Positions 24,103 to 38,053 of a DNA stretch of 64,000 nt are shown here, in pieces. Position 1 is the first letter of the stretch; every line of letters starts with the position of its first letter. The stretch is from Eledone cirrhosa (lineage: Eukaryota): positions 69,688,001-69,752,000 of the forward strand of contig OZ024741.1 in assembly GCA_964016885.1 (NCBI GenBank), given 5' to 3'. The translations under genes and the position numbers were made by a program. The notes below the pieces were generated by a model, which was not told the origin of the DNA, searched no databases, and worked only from the letters and a program-made list of their open reading frames with translations.

Positions 24103-27098
24103 TGAGGAAATGAGGAAGGCTCCAGAATCCTGGAATTGTGTGACGCAAATAATCTAACTATCTGTAACACAAACTTCAAAAAACGAGACAATCACTTGAT
24201 CACCTATAGATCAGGGAAACACGCAGGTCAGATAGATTATATCCTTACCAGAAGACGTGGCAGAGTATCTGTTGTAAACACTAAATCCCTCCCCCATGAA
24301 GAATGCACCTCCCAACATAGCCTCATAGTTAGCGACCTCATAGTCAGGATGAGACGTACTCGACAACAGAGGAGGACTATCCTCAGGAGAAAAATATGGA
24401 AGTTAAAGGATCCCACAACCAGTAATAAATTTAAAAGCATATTACTTGATGCTTTTGACAGTAAGGAAGAGCAATTAGAGTCATACAATATAGAGGAACA
24501 GTGGGAATTCCTGAAAGCTAACCTGCTGAAGGCAACAGATGAAATCTGTGGCTGGAGCAGACCTATAGGCAGGAGGAGAGTAACTTGGTGGTGGAACAGT
24601 AAGGTGGAGGAGTCGATCAAAGCCAAAAAGCGGGCTTGGAAAGTATGGCGGGATGGGGGATGTAGAGAACACTATCAAGTGGCCAGGAGGGAAGTGTACT
24701 TCGCAAGAAGGGAAGCAGAGGAAAGAAAGTTCAAGCATATTCTACAACGCGAGGACCAAAAACGTGAGGTGTTCAGGATTGCTAGGCAATGTGTCAAGGA
24801 AAACCGTGATATTGTCGGGGAGAAGTGTGCACGTAATGATGATGGTGTACTGGCCATCACTGACACTGATAAGAAGGTAGCTTGGAAGTGTCACTACGAA
24901 AGGCTACTAAATGAGGAGAATAAATGGGAGAAAGACAGTCTCCCCCACATCGATCCAATAGAGGGACCAGCAGTGCAAGTTGATGGTAGTACAATAAGTA
25001 AGGCAATCAAAGATATGAAGATGGGCAAGGCAGCTGGGCCTTCGGAAATAGTTGCTGAAATGCTGAAAGCATCTGGAACGGTGGGACACACTATGGTCCC
25101 CCGGATAGTAAACCAAGTCATACAGAATGGAGTCATACCGAAGGACTGGCGTAGCAGCATCATCATTAACTGCTACAAGGGTAAAGGAGGTGCCCTAGAT
25201 AGGGGTAACTATAGAGGCATTAAATTAATTGACCAGGTCATGAAAGTCACAGAAAAAGTAATAGCGTAACTAATCAGAGAGCGAATTAATCTAGATGAAA
25301 GGCAGTTCGGGTTTGTGTCAGGTAAAAGTACCACAGACGTTCTTTTCATTGTACGACAACTACAGGAGAAGTACCTAGCTAAAAGTAAACCCCTAGACTT
25401 AGCTTTTGTTGACTTGGAGAAAGCCTTTGACAGAGTCCCACACCTCATTATCTGGTGGGCTCTCAGAAAACTAGGTGTTGATGAATGGCTTGTGAGAGCT
25501 ATACAAGCCATGTATAAAGAAACAGTCAGCAAGGTTAGAGTTAACAACGAATATAGTGAAGAGTTTAGCGTAAAAGTTGGTGTTCATCAGGGCTCCGTCC
25601 TTAGCCCCCTCCTATTTATTATCGCCCTCCAAGCTATAACGGAGGAGTTCAAGACCGGCTGCCCATGGGAACTTCTATACGCAGATGATCTAATGCTTAT
25701 AGCCAAATCAATGGCTGAACTAGAGAAGAAATTCCAAACATGGAAGCATGGCCTAGAATCAAAAGACCTTAAAATTAACTTGTCTAAGACTAAAGTTCTA
25801 ATATGTAGGAAGGATAATAGGGCACTCGTCCCATCTGGGAAATGGCCATGCTCAGTGTGTAGGAAAGGAGTAGGCAGAAACTCCATGTTATGTCCCAAAT
25901 TCAAAGTATGGGTACATAAAAGATGTAGTGGGATCACAGGTAAGCTAACTAAGAATATAGATTTTATATGTGGCCGGTGCTCTGGTGCAATAAGTAGCAG
26001 CAAATGCCCACAGAATACTAGCTCATTCCATTGCCCAGATGGTTGTATAGAAATAGTGGACACCTTCCGTTACCTGGGTGACAAAATCAGCAGTGGTGGA
26101 GGGTGCTCTGAAAGTACAGTAGCTAGAGTCAGAACGGGATGGAAAAAGTTCAGAGAGCTTATACCACTAAAAATGAAAGGCAGGCTGTATGATGCCTGCA
26201 TACGAACAGCGATGTTACATGGCAGTGAGACATGGGCCTTGTGGAGGATCTACGCAGACTGGAGAGGAAAGAAGCTTGCATGCTCCGTTGGATGTGTAAT
26301 AGTAATATACGCGAACGGCAAAGTATAAATGAACTAAGTGAGAAATTAGGAATAAGAGGGATCAGATGCTGTTTACTCGAGAGAAGACTACGTTGGTATG
26401 GTCACGTGATGCGCATGAAAGACGACAGCTGTATAAAAAAGTGCAGGGCGATTGAAATAGATGGTAGCCACGGAGTAGGCAGACCCAGAAAAACCTGGGA
26501 CGACTTGATAAATTCTGACCTCACACACTTACACCTCTCCAAGACAATGTCACTGGACCGAGATCTTTGGTGCCACGCAGTAATACAGAAGACCCGCCTT
26601 GCCTAAGTACAAAGCGAAATCTACAGTCAGTAGGCACTTCTTAACCAACGTGGACATGCCTACAAAGTCAGAAAACAGCACAGCTCCCATGACTTTCGGA
26701 AACATTTTTTCACGCTTAGAGTTGCTGAAGCATGGAACAAACTGCCTGCGTCAGTTGTTAGCTGCTGAGACACTACCCCTACCCCCACGCCATCTACACC
26801 ACACCTTTCGATGTAAAGCTATGTTGGTACCACACTATCCAGTCCTAAATAAATGCGATCGTGTAGGTGTCACGACAAAAAAAACACACAGTCCACGCTG
26901 TAATGTAGCTGTGTAGGTAACACGGTAAAAACCTCCCAGTCCACACTGTAAACGTGGTTGGTGTTAGGAAGGGCATCCAGCCGTAGAAAACCCGCCAGAC
27001 AGTCCTGAGCAAGACAACCAATCTTGCTTCAAATGGGACAATTCCCGTCCAGACCCATGCTAGCGTGAAGATGGACGTTAAACGATGATGATGATGAT
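24103..27098 (+). mobile_element. RTE LINE (family A), 5'-truncated, with stops and frameshifts
   Basis: APE end (QIDYIL..SQH), RT (NYRGIKL, FVDLEKAFD, GVHQGSVLSP, LYADD), Cys/His finger, RLRWYGHV, (GAT)n tail. Confidence 0.95.
26646..26772 (+). mobile_element. CR1-type LINE C-terminal fragment inside the RTE 3' UTR
   Basis: From 26649 translates RGHAYKVRKQHSSHDFRKHFFTLRVAEAWNKLPASVVSC, the typical CR1 ORF2 end motif. Absent from the other family A 3' UTRs here. Confidence 0.75.
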
Positions 27099-28149
27099 AT
27101 ATGTGTGTGTGTGTGTGTGTTTTTTTCATCACTTTACGTCCGCTTTTTCCTGCTTGCAAGGGTGGGACGGGAACTGATTCTGGCTTGATTTCTACAGCTG
27201 GATGCCCTTCCTAACACCAACCTCATTTACAGTGAGTGTTGGGTGCTTTTTTTTCCGTGGCGCCTACACAGTTCCCGTATGAGCAAGACAAGGTCAGCCG
27301 ACCGGACACTACCTACAACAGGACACCCGTTTAACCCATGCTAGCGTGGAAGAACAGATGTAAAATGGTGATGATGATGATGATGATGATATATATATAT
27401 CATACTTTTCTTGGTTGGGATTGTTCCAGATGTTTTCCTAGTGTCACGGCTGTAACTATGCTCTAAAGCATGGCATCCGACCCTCTACCGATACTGCCAA
27501 TCCAAATAATATCAAAATCTTATAGATTCAATATTACGTGAGATAATCATATAAAATAAAGCCTTTACCACAAGAATACAATAGTAAATATAGAGTAATG
27601 TAAATACTAAAAGGTTAAGGGTACATGGCCCATCAAATTCAACCTTTTCCCCATGGCATTTCTTTAGCTGAATCTATGGATGATATAATTCCTCACCACT
27701 CTGCATCAAATATTGTGAAATCCTCATATAATCTGTATTATTATTTTCGAAAGAACAAGTAGCTCCACTCCCTACTCCATTTGTTAAAACAAATTGACTG
27801 TAGGATATTGTTGTAAAATTCTTTTACATCCTCTTTTGAGTTTTTAATTATTATTTTTAATAATTTTAATTGTTCTACATATGGAGGGAGCCAAATATCA
27901 GTCTGTTTTCTTTTCCATTTAAACTGAACAATTAGCAATTTAGGCTTCATAGATTCCTAGCACTTAACTGGTACTTTATTTTACCAACTTCAGAAGGATG
28001 AAAGGCAAAGTTGACCTCAACAGGATTTGAACTCAGAATGTAAAAAAATCAGAACAAATATTGCAATGGCAATATTCTACCAATTCTGCCAACATACCAC
28101 CCTTTATAACCCTTAAATTAGTTTAAACAATTATTTCTTAATTGCCCTC

Positions 28150-28470
28150 TGGAGGGTCTTTGGAGTGTCACTCCAGGTAGAAACGCTACTCCAAATTAAG
28201 ATCACAGCTCCGATACTATGGGCATGTGATTAGAATGTCTCAGGAAAGAATCGCTGAACAGTTTTTATGGGCAAAACCATTCAGCAGGAGACCCAGGGGT
28301 AGACTCCGAGCAAGATGGCTGAATAACATCCATGAGCTTGGCTGGTCTCACTTGGAGATCTAGCAAGATCAGTTGGAGATGATTGCTTTTGACAGGACCC
28401 ACTGGAAGGAGTGTTTGAGGACTCTGCCCTGATGACCCTCTCAGGGATAAGTAGGCAAAGAAGAAGAAGA
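28150..28470 (+). mobile_element. RTE-clade 3' fragment (same family as 5790-6290)
   Basis: QLRYYGHVIRMSQE..RPRGRLRARWL-like translation and (AAG)n tail. Confidence 0.7.
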
Positions 28471-29048
28471 CATCTTAGTTGCAGTTGTATATGACCAAAT
28501 TCATTCCATTCCAGGCATGAACATAATATCTTTTTAGGTATAATGTATTTAGAATTACATTATTCAATATGTTCTTCCTTTTACATGATATTTTTTAAAG
28601 TTAAGTGACCACATATAGATTCCATCATTGGCTAGTGTAGTTTTCTTGGTTGGTTGTTGCTGTTGGTTAGCACCCAAATCAGCTCTGATCTAGTAGACCT
28701 TTGATCAATGACATTGTAACAATTACAATCTCTTCCTTCCTGAGGTACATAGGACTAGATTATCTAACATTATTCAATATATAGAATACTATGATTTGAA
28801 GGAGGTTTGGCAACAATTTCTAGCAGGTCAAACTTTTTTGGCTAATGTTTTCTCAGTTTCAATATTTTCTGCTGTTATTCTTGCCTTGGTGCAGATTGAT
28901 ATAAAAGTCAGTTTGGTCAATATAAAATCAAAGATTATACACACTATTTTATTTTAAATACTTTGCTTTTTCTGTTTGTATCAAAAATTGATTCCACAAT
29001 CTTCCTGTACTGCCATAGACTTGAAAACTTGTAAAGAATATATATATA

Positions 29049-29389
29049 TCATCATCATCATCATCATTTTACGTCCGCTTTTGCCTGCTTGCAAGGGTGG
29101 GACGGGAACTGATTCTGGCTTGAATTCTACAGCTGGATGCCCTTCCTAACACCAACCTCATTTACAGTGTGGGCTGGGTGCTTTTTTGCCGTGGCACCTC
29201 CACGACCACTTTGCAGTGGAATGATAGGGACCCCGTCCCTATCATCTCAGTTCTACAGCTGAGTAAACTGGAGCAATGTGAAATAAAGTGTCTTGCTCAA
29301 GGAAACAACACATCACCTGGTCTGAGAATTGAACTCACAACCTTTTGATTGCAAAGCCAATGCTCTAACCACTAAGCCATGTGCCTCCA
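29049..29389 (-). mobile_element. tRNA-derived SINE (family 1) with RTE-type tail
   Basis: Minus-strand head ggaggcacaTGGCTTAGTGG...GAGTTCAATTC (A/B boxes), ccttgagcaagacact domain, aggaagggcatcc tail with (GAT)n. Copies at 48975-49331 and, truncated, 43765-43960. Confidence 0.85.
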
Positions 29390-31900
29390 TATATATATAT
29401 TTTTTTTTTATGGCATATCACGTAATCATGTCTTAAACACATGTTTAAACAATGAGCTGCTTCCCATTATTTACACACACACGGACACATACACACACAC
29501 AGCTTCATCGTTGTCTCTGCCTGTATTTGATCTTCTTCCCCACCGGCACTAATGCTGGCTGAACAGTGACATTGTGCGATCTTTCCAAGTGTCCTCTAGT
29601 GAAAAATAAATCAGCCAAGTTAATGTATGATATAACATACTTTTGCTCTACTTAAATATATTATTTTTCATTTGTTACTTCTTTCTCTTTTTCACACACA
29701 CACACTCTCTCTCTATCTATCCATCTATCTTTCACCCTCCTCTCTCTCTATCACTCACCCCCTATCTCTCTCTCTCACCTCCTATCTCTCTCTCTCACCC
29801 CCTATCTCTCACCCCTGCTCTCTCTATCTATTTCTCACCCACTCTCTCTATCACTATTTATTTCTCACCCACTTTCCCCCCATCTCTCTCAGCCATGTCA
29901 TCTTCATCTGGTTGAGCCTCGTAAATGTATGTTTAGATGGTCAACTACAGAGCCTCTAAGAGAAACATTGTGAGGTGCAACAAAACTGCTTTCAAGAATC
30001 AGGATGAGAGGATAAGTTCCTTCCAGAATTCAGTGGAACTGAGAGTATTTTTGAAGGAGAGGGGGAGACCCTGCTTGGCTCTCCAAGTCTAGATTGATGT
30101 ACTTTCTCATTTCCTCTCTCTCAATTTCTATCTTTCTCTGGAAGAAATCTGCTGTACTTGGACCTGGAGAGAGATGTGTTCCACCAGGCTTAAATGTCCA
30201 AGAAATGTTGTATGTCAATTTGGCACCCCTACGAATCTATCAGGAGTTATGGGACCATATATACACATACATACTCTACTCACTGTTCCTCACTCAACAT
30301 CTTTACTGTGTCTAATCCCCAAACTCACACCAGGAATCTTTAACTGTGTTAACTTAGTACTGATGATCTACATGTCACCCACTGTTTTGTTTTTTGTTTC
30401 AGAATTCAGTATACAGTGTTGCAGTTGATTTTCAGTTGATTTTCAACTGCAACACCATCCTAAGTAAGATAATTTGATCCATAGGCTGGAGCAAATTCAC
30501 TTCTCATGATCTACAGGAAAAACTGAACTTAAAACTGCAAGCTAACCAACCATTTGTCAGTTGTTAATATTTAGCACAGGTTGCAGCTGACTGAACAAAG
30601 TAAAATTAATGGTTTTTCCCCTTGTGACCACAATTCTTTTCAAACTTAGAGTTGGTGATAGGAAGGGCTGTTGGTGACATGAAGGGCTGTTAATAACAGG
30701 AAGGGTGGTTGTGCTAGGAAGGGGATCCAGCCATAGAAAATCTCCCAAACAAAAAGAATAGGGAATTCTTCAGGTATTTCAACCTACATGATAAATACAC
30801 CCAGTACAGTCCATAATGTGGTTGTGCTAGGAAAGACATCCAACCATATAAAACCTGCCAAACAAAGAGATGAGAGGATTTTTCAGCTGTGTCCAAAATA
30901 TGACAATCTCCCTAGTGCTGGTGTCACAATACACTTGGTAGAGCATGGTAATGTATGCAAGCGAGTTGTAGGCTGCCTGTCCATTTGAGCACTCAGTGTT
31001 GAGTCAGTGGCTCCAATTGAGTACTGTTGATGACTCGTCCAACTCTGGCTAGCAGGGAAATCATCATCATAACCATCATCTTTACATCCACTATTCCATG
31101 CTGGCATGGGCTGGAGGATATGTTCTGAGACAATGTTTTAAAGCTGGATCCCTTTCTTGTTGCCAATCCTTTTAGTCGCCTCATACGACCTGTAGGGCTA
31201 TGATGTGTCTATTCTAAAATCTGGGATAAAAGCAGATGTCGGCGATGGCGACTATGATGATGGTGATGGTGATGATAATGATGATGGTGTTAGTGATGGT
31301 GATGATGGTGATGATGATAAATACGATTACACTATCTAGTATAGCTTTTTTCTTTTAAATCAATAGGCAGTGATTTCCAGTAGAATTAAACACCACATAA
31401 TGGCATCTAAGTTATTAATTCTGTTGCTGTACATATTTGTTAAATTCACTGTTTGCTCTATCTCACACAAATCGTTATTTATCCACTTTATCATTCAAAA
31501 AATATCTATATGAGATAGCTTCAAAAATATCAACAGCTGACATTTTCATGCTTAATTTTTTTAAAATTTTTTATCAATTATCATAAATTGCAAAACTACT
31601 ACATAATTTTTTTTTCCATTTTATAACTGGGATAAATGTGTCAATAATATGTTCTAGATTTATACATTTTCTCACAACTTTGCTATCAAATATAAATATT
31701 TACGATGTGTCGGAAGATTTATGTTTCTGGTGTCAGCAAGACTGTTTTAATAACCATTTTGATCTTCATCTCACCTCATTAGAGCAGTTAGACTTCAGTC
31801 AGTTCTGATGATGAGTGTTCCAGTTATATTTAAACAATGGAACAGGTTGTTTGGGAAATTGAACTGAAAGTGGCTGAGCATTCTACAGACATGTGTACCC

Positions 31901-32348
31901 TTAACCTTTTATCATTTACATTACTCTCTATATCAGGCATGTCAAACATGCGGCCCTTTACAAGCACACCTGCGGCCCGCACAAAGGTTTTTACAGCACA
32001 AGCATGTTTTATCTTTGTAACATAAAATAAAAAAAATGTGTTGTAATGTGCACAATTAGTTGTCGTGTGTGGTCCCCCGAGGGCCACATGGGTCACCTAT
32101 GTTACCCATGTGGCCCTTGGTGGACCCTCTGTTTGACATGCCTACTCTATATACTATTGTATTTTTGTGGTAAACACTTTATCTCACATAATTATCTCAC
32201 ATAAGATCGAATCTATAAGATTTTGATGTTATTTATTTTGAGAACAATACCTTAATGTCAGTATGAGAGGCCAGTTATGGCTGGTTTGAACAGAAAGATG
32301 TGAGAGAATACTGGTCGGGTATGGCCGGTTTAAATGCTTAAGGGTTAA
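31901..32348. mobile_element. TTAA-bounded non-autonomous element (piggyBac-like MITE)
   Basis: ttaacc...ggttaa ends. Related segments at ~5576-5790 and ~27500-27617. Confidence 0.5.
31934..32144. mobile_element. hAT (Charlie-like) MITE with 8-bp TSD
   Basis: TIRs caggcatgtcaaaca / tgtttgacatgccta; TSD ctctatat at 31926-33 and 32145-52. Confidence 0.88.
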
Positions 32349-32814
32349 TATAGGGAGATCAGCATGATATAAAGTATTTAGGATTACATTATTCAATGTG
32401 TCCTTCCTTTTACAAGATATTTTCTTAAAGGTTGAACAATGGAACAGTTTGCTTGGGAAAACTGAAGTGTAAGTGGCTGAGCATTCCACAGACACATGTA
32501 CCCTTAACAGTCCTCAGTGATATTCAGTATGATACAATGTGTAACATCACTGGACTTTTGAAATAGGGATACAACTCATTTTTTGCCAGCTGAGTGGACT
32601 GGAACAATGTGAAATAAAGCATCTTGCTCAAGGACACAATGCATAAGGCATGAAAATCTTCCCAAGTACCTGATGAAAATCATTGTACTTAAGTAAAAAC
32701 GAAAAATATGCAACATAAAAAAAAATGTTGTGTAATAAAGTGAAACAAACTCTCGACAAAGTGAAACAACAAATACAAATCTAATTTACACTGATAAAGG
32801 AAAGGAATGAATGT

Positions 32815-33440
32815 TCCAGGTGGACTGCAAAGTTCATAGGCTGACTATGAAGGAGTGATGCTAGAGCTGTGAAATCTTCCATGCATTCATTTCATCTCTT
32901 CTTATTAATAACTACATTATTTCTTTTCAGGGGCTATGCTGAAAAATATACCTAATTTGCTCATTCCATGAGAATACCTTGGTCAGCCTATGAAGGAGTG
33001 ATGCTAGAGCTGTGAAATCTTGCATGCATTAATTTCAACTCTTCTTATTAATAACTGCATTGTTTCTTTCCAGAGATTATGTTGAAAAATAAACCTCATT
33101 TAGTCATTCCATGAGAGTATCTTGGTCAGCCTATGAAAGAGTGATACTAGAGCTGTGAAATCTTCCAAGCATTAATTTTAACTCTTCTTATTAATAACTG
33201 CATTGTTTCTTTCCAAGGACTATGCTGAAAAATAAATCTCATTTGGTCATTCCATGAGAGTATCTTGGTCAGCCTATGAAGGAGTAATGCTAGTGCTGTG
33301 AAATCTTGTAAGTATTAATTTCAGCTCTTATAAATAACTGCATTGTTTCTTTCCAGGGACTATGTTGAAAAATAAACCTCATTTGGTTATTCCATGAAAG
33401 TATCTTGGTCAGCCAACAAACTTTTCAGCTGACTCTCGTA
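32815..33440. mobile_element. Mariner-derived MITE with 4 x 143-bp internal tandem repeat
   Basis: Ends aaagttcataggctgac / aacttttcagctgactctcgta. Units start at 32845, 32988, 33131 and 33274. Homologous to the mariner end at 52310. Confidence 0.8.
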
Positions 33441-33699
33441 CCTAGTGAAATAATAATGAAAATCGTAGATTGAAAGAATCATTAGAGGCTCAAATTCAAA
33501 ATGTTTCGATATTTGATCTGGCTTACTTCACTCTGAGATTAAATCCTAACGGGGTCATCTCTGCCTTTTATTCTTTCATGGTCTATAAATAAAGTACCAG
33601 GTTAATACTGGGGTTGATTCTTTCTTTTCTATTTCTTTGCAAGGAATTGACAGACTGATATATTATGTTTCTAGTATTTTTGTATTTGAGCTAGTAAAC

Positions 33700-33970
33700 A
33701 GTTTTGGCACTGGGCCAACAATTTGAAGAGAAGGGGAAAATTGTTTAAATCGACCCCAGTGCATTACTGATACTTTATTTTATTACCCCCATAAAGATGA
33801 AGGCAAAGCTAACTATAGCAGGATTTTCTGAGTTCAAATCCTGCAGAGGTTAGCATTGCCTTTTGTCCTTATGGGGGGTTAATAAAATAAAGTACCAGTA
33901 ATGCACTGGTGTTGATTTAATTGACTTTCCCCTTCCCTTCAAATTGCTGGCCTTGTGCCAAAAGTAGAAA
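33700..33970. mobile_element. Head-to-head inverted pair of family 2 SINE fragments
   Basis: ~33703-33826 is inverted to ~33836-33963. Confidence 0.7.
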
Positions 33971-34514
33971 CAGTTATTTCTTTAGTGTAATGTGTCTCAC
34001 AAGGTACAGTACATCTCAACACCATTACCCCAGTGATGTCATTCCGAATGGAGTGGGGAAGCATTCTTTTGTGTGTGGGAGTCCATGTGTAGGCCACCTT
34101 GTGGTCCCAATGGACAGAATAGAGAAAACATTACCCTGGAGTATGGCGAGGGAGATGCATTGGAATAGCCAGTCCAACTTGCTGAGCTCACTTCTGCGAG
34201 TGGTCAAGTCCACCCTGATAGTAACGAGTAGGGATGTGGTAGAAAGGGGGGAAAAGAACACTGGAAGTCTCCACTGCTACAGGTTCAACCACAAACCTAT
34301 CAGAGAGAGACCAATATTTTGAAGTCTGGGCTAGTTGTTGAATGCACTAGAATGCCACTGGAGAAGGTGTCACAGGAATCAACTATGTTTAGACCTAGAG
34401 ACGCATGGGCTTCACCAGGTTTTAATATGCTTGAGACATGCTGCATATCACGACAGTGTTTCTACAGCTCCACCAGAGGTTAAGGGCTATTTATCCATAC
34501 CTTACCAAATAATT

Positions 34515-34700
34515 GTTTCTACTTTTGGCACAAGGCCAGCAATTATCCAGTGCATTACTGGTACTTTATTTTATCGACCCCGTAAGGATGAAAGGCAAAG
34601 TTAACCTCGGCGGGATTTGAACTCAAACCATAAAGGGGCGTAACTCTTTGCTGCAAAGCATAGCGTCAGACCCTCTACCGATACTGCCAATCCACCGATA
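34515..34700 (-). mobile_element. tRNA-derived SINE (family 2)
   Basis: Minus strand: ggattggcagtatcggtagag...gagttcaaatcccgccgaggttaactttgcctttcatcc..ggtcgataaaataaagtaccag. Confidence 0.8.
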
Positions 34701-34759
34701 CCTTACCAAATAATAACAATTTGTAGCATTGGCTCAAAGCTTAAAAACGATTGGGACAT

Positions 34760-35710
34760 CTACAGTTGTTTTACATATTTTACTGTCATAAATCTTTCTC
34801 AAACTGGTATAGAAGGCATTTTAACATTGTGGTAATCAGCAAGCTTTCTTCTGGTTTCACCGTAAGTCTTTCAATAGTCACAGATGTTTTTATAGTCAGA
34901 CATTTGTATCTTTGAGACATCTGGTAACTTACTGTTTACCCCATCTGTTTAAGAACAGCTTAATGACATTAATGTTTCTCAGATGACAGTTGCTGTGACT
35001 TATCAAACCATTCAAAATAATTGCATTTAAAGAGGCTGATTGAAGCAGCTGGTGTTTTATAGACTTCCTCACACAACTGATTGCAGCAAACATTAGCTTA
35101 TGTAGTGTCAGCTGGCACATCTTTATGTTGCTGGTTATAATTACTGCTGCATTCCAGGATCTTTTAGTTGGCTGACATCCAGTCTTTTTGCTGCAATTTT
35201 GCCAACTTTCTTGTGTTTTAGTCTCACAGGACAAAAATACATGATCAGTGGCGCAGTCAGTTCCCCCACCTCTGACACAGGTATAGCTTATATCTACAAT
35301 GTTGTTCCTCTGGGTGAACACCTACTCCAACAGATACCATAAATCCAACCATGGATGGTATCAGCTGTAACACAACTTTTCAGGAAGCAGGAATAAGGTG
35401 TTTGCCATGGTCAAATCATATATAGTGTATAGCTTCAGAAAAAGTTGTCCATCATAGTTGAGATTTACTTTTCCAAAGTGACCTAATACATGTTCTCATG
35501 TTTGGTAAACTCTCTCTACTCTTGCATCACCTAGGACAAGCAGCTTGTTGGTTGATGGTATTGTGTCCTGGTGTCTATACAGTGAATTGTAGAAATTTTC
35601 TTTCTTATTTTGCATATTTGCCATTGTAGGAGCATAGACACTGAAAATAATTATGCTTTGGTTTCCGTCTCTGATTACCTTAATTAGCTTGTCAGATACA
35701 GCAGCATAAA
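34760..35710 (-). mobile_element. Old RTE (BovB-like) endonuclease remnant
   Basis: FSVYAPTM..KENFYNSL..KLLVLGD and DCATDH motifs in ORFs 35496-35825 and 34929-35321. Confidence 0.65.
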
Positions 35711-36093
35711 GCAACACTAATGTGCTCATGAGAATGTCCACAATGGCTGAGCCAAATCTCAGACTATACTGCATCCTCAGAAGTTGTAGGTCAGCTGTAT
35801 CAACACTACCTGTCCTCTTAGTCATGTTTCTGACATATCACAACAGATCCCATGCTCACGTGGAAAATGGATGTTTGATGATGGTGGTGGTGGTGGTGGT
35901 GGCGATGGTGATGTTGGTGGTGCTGGTGGTGGTGGTGGTGCTGGTGGTGCTAGTGGTGGTGATGATGATGATCCCTATCTATGATATTATAGCAGTTCAT
36001 TCTGGTCATCCAGAATTGGCTACGTTCAACAACATTCTGATGTTCCAGCATCCCAAAACTAAACTAATGTGATTACTTATATTTTAGTTTCCA

Positions 36094-36160
36094 GCCACAG
36101 TAGTAGAGAACCCACAGTAGTAGAGAACCCACAGTAGTAGAGAACCCACAGTAGTAGAGA
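36094..36160. repeat. 17-bp tandem repeat x4
   Basis: Unit ccacagtagtagagaac. Confidence 0.9.
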
Positions 36161-36608
36161 GCCAGATTATGTTTACATGGGTGGGCAGCTTTTATCCCTC
36201 TTTTCACTGGGATATTTCCAATTTGGGACAGGCATCATAATCCCTAAATCAATCTGCCTGGTCACTTGAGCAGGACCATGGGGAGATGCCACTCTCCAAC
36301 ATTATCCACTGCCATCACATTCAGGTTGCCAGTGTGTGAATTTCCAGTTAACAGCTTCCAGCATATTAAGCTTGCACTTTTCACTAATTATTTATTGCTA
36401 CTTGACTTTTTCTCCTCACCACGCATTTGATCTTGTTTTAGATCCTTGTGTAGTTGCAAGCAACACAGAAACCTTCTCAGTCCACACACCTTTTATCTAG
36501 TGGAACATCAAAAAATATCTATGTATATATATATGCATGCATATATATGTATGTATATGTATATATATATGTATCATATGTATGTATATATACATATACA
36601 TATATATG

Positions 36609-36681
<73 letters not shown>

Positions 36682-36875
36682 TCATCATCATCGTTTAACG
36701 TCCATCTTCCACGCTAGCATGGGTTCGACGGGAGTTGTGCCAATTTGAGGCAAGGTTGGTCGGGTGGCCGTGTCTCGCTCATATAGGACTATCTGGCAGG
36801 TTTTCTACGACTGGATGCCCTTCCTAACACCAACCACATTTACAGTGTGGAACTGGGAACTTTTACCGTGTTACC

Positions 36876-36919
<44 letters not shown>

Positions 36920-36937
36920 CCTATATATATATATATG

Positions 36938-37009
<72 letters not shown>

Positions 37010-37027
37010 CCTACATATATATATATG

Positions 37028-37060
<33 letters not shown>

Positions 37061-37083
37061 ATATACCTATATAAATATATATG

Positions 37084-37123
<40 letters not shown>

Positions 37124-37126
<3 letters not shown>

Positions 37127-37649
37127 GAGTAGGCAGACCCAGAAAAACCTGGGACGACTTGATAAATTCCGACCTCACACACTTACACCTCTCCAAGACA
37201 ATGTCACTGGACCGAGAGCTTTGGCGCTACACAGTAATAGAGAAGACCCGCCTTCCCTAAGTACAAAGTGAAACCTACTACAGTCAGTAGGCACCTCTAA
37301 CAAAATACACCCCGTCCCACTACCCCCACCCCATCCACACCACCCCTGTCAATGTAAAGTTATATTGGTGTCACAACATCCAGCCCGAAACAAATGAGGT
37401 CGTGTAGGTGTCACGACAAAAAAACACACAGTCCACGCTGTAATGTGGCCGTGTAGGTAACACGGTAAAAACCTCCCAGTTCCACACTGTAAATGTGGTT
37501 GGTGTTAAGAAGGGCATCCAGCCGTAGAAAACCCGCCAGACAGTCCTATGCGAGCAAGACAACCACTCTTGCCTCAAGTGGGAAAACTCCCGTCCAAACC
37601 CATGCAAGCGTGGAATATGGACGTTAAACGATGATGATGATGATGATGA

Positions 37650-37655
<6 letters not shown>
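37124..37655 (+). mobile_element. RTE family A 3' fragment
   Basis: [12 protein letters not shown], 3' UTR, (GAT)n. An opposite-strand tail lies at 36678-36880. Confidence 0.9.
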
Positions 37656-37694
<39 letters not shown>

Positions 37695-38022
37695 GATTGG
37701 ATTTTGAAATTTAAACTTGTCCAGATACCATGGCTATTTGCCAATATGGGTTTGCTTTTATTGATTTATTAGTTTAGATCGAGACAGTCAATCTATATTT
37801 TTATTCGAATTAGTTTATTTCATTCTAGCTAACTTCGTCTTTTACAATACATACACTTTTGTGTTTATCATATATTAATTTATATTAACTTGTATTTCAC
37901 GGCTCAGAAATGCTTCTTTCTTTGAGCTAATTAATCGTAAAAGACTGCTTGAGTTTACAACTCTAAATATAATATAATATATATATATATATGTATGTAT
38001 ATATATACATATATATATATAT

Positions 38023-38053
<31 letters not shown>

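Noticed and set aside
27620-27950. Possible minus-strand host exon (69-aa ORF)
   Set aside because: No recognisable homology or convincing splice sites, and stops follow in frame.
29310-29389. tRNA gene
   Set aside because: A/B boxes are present, but the sequence continues into a SINE body and has no proper acceptor stem.
30030-30428. Short ORFs in non-repetitive-looking sequence
   Set aside because: No motif or splice support.
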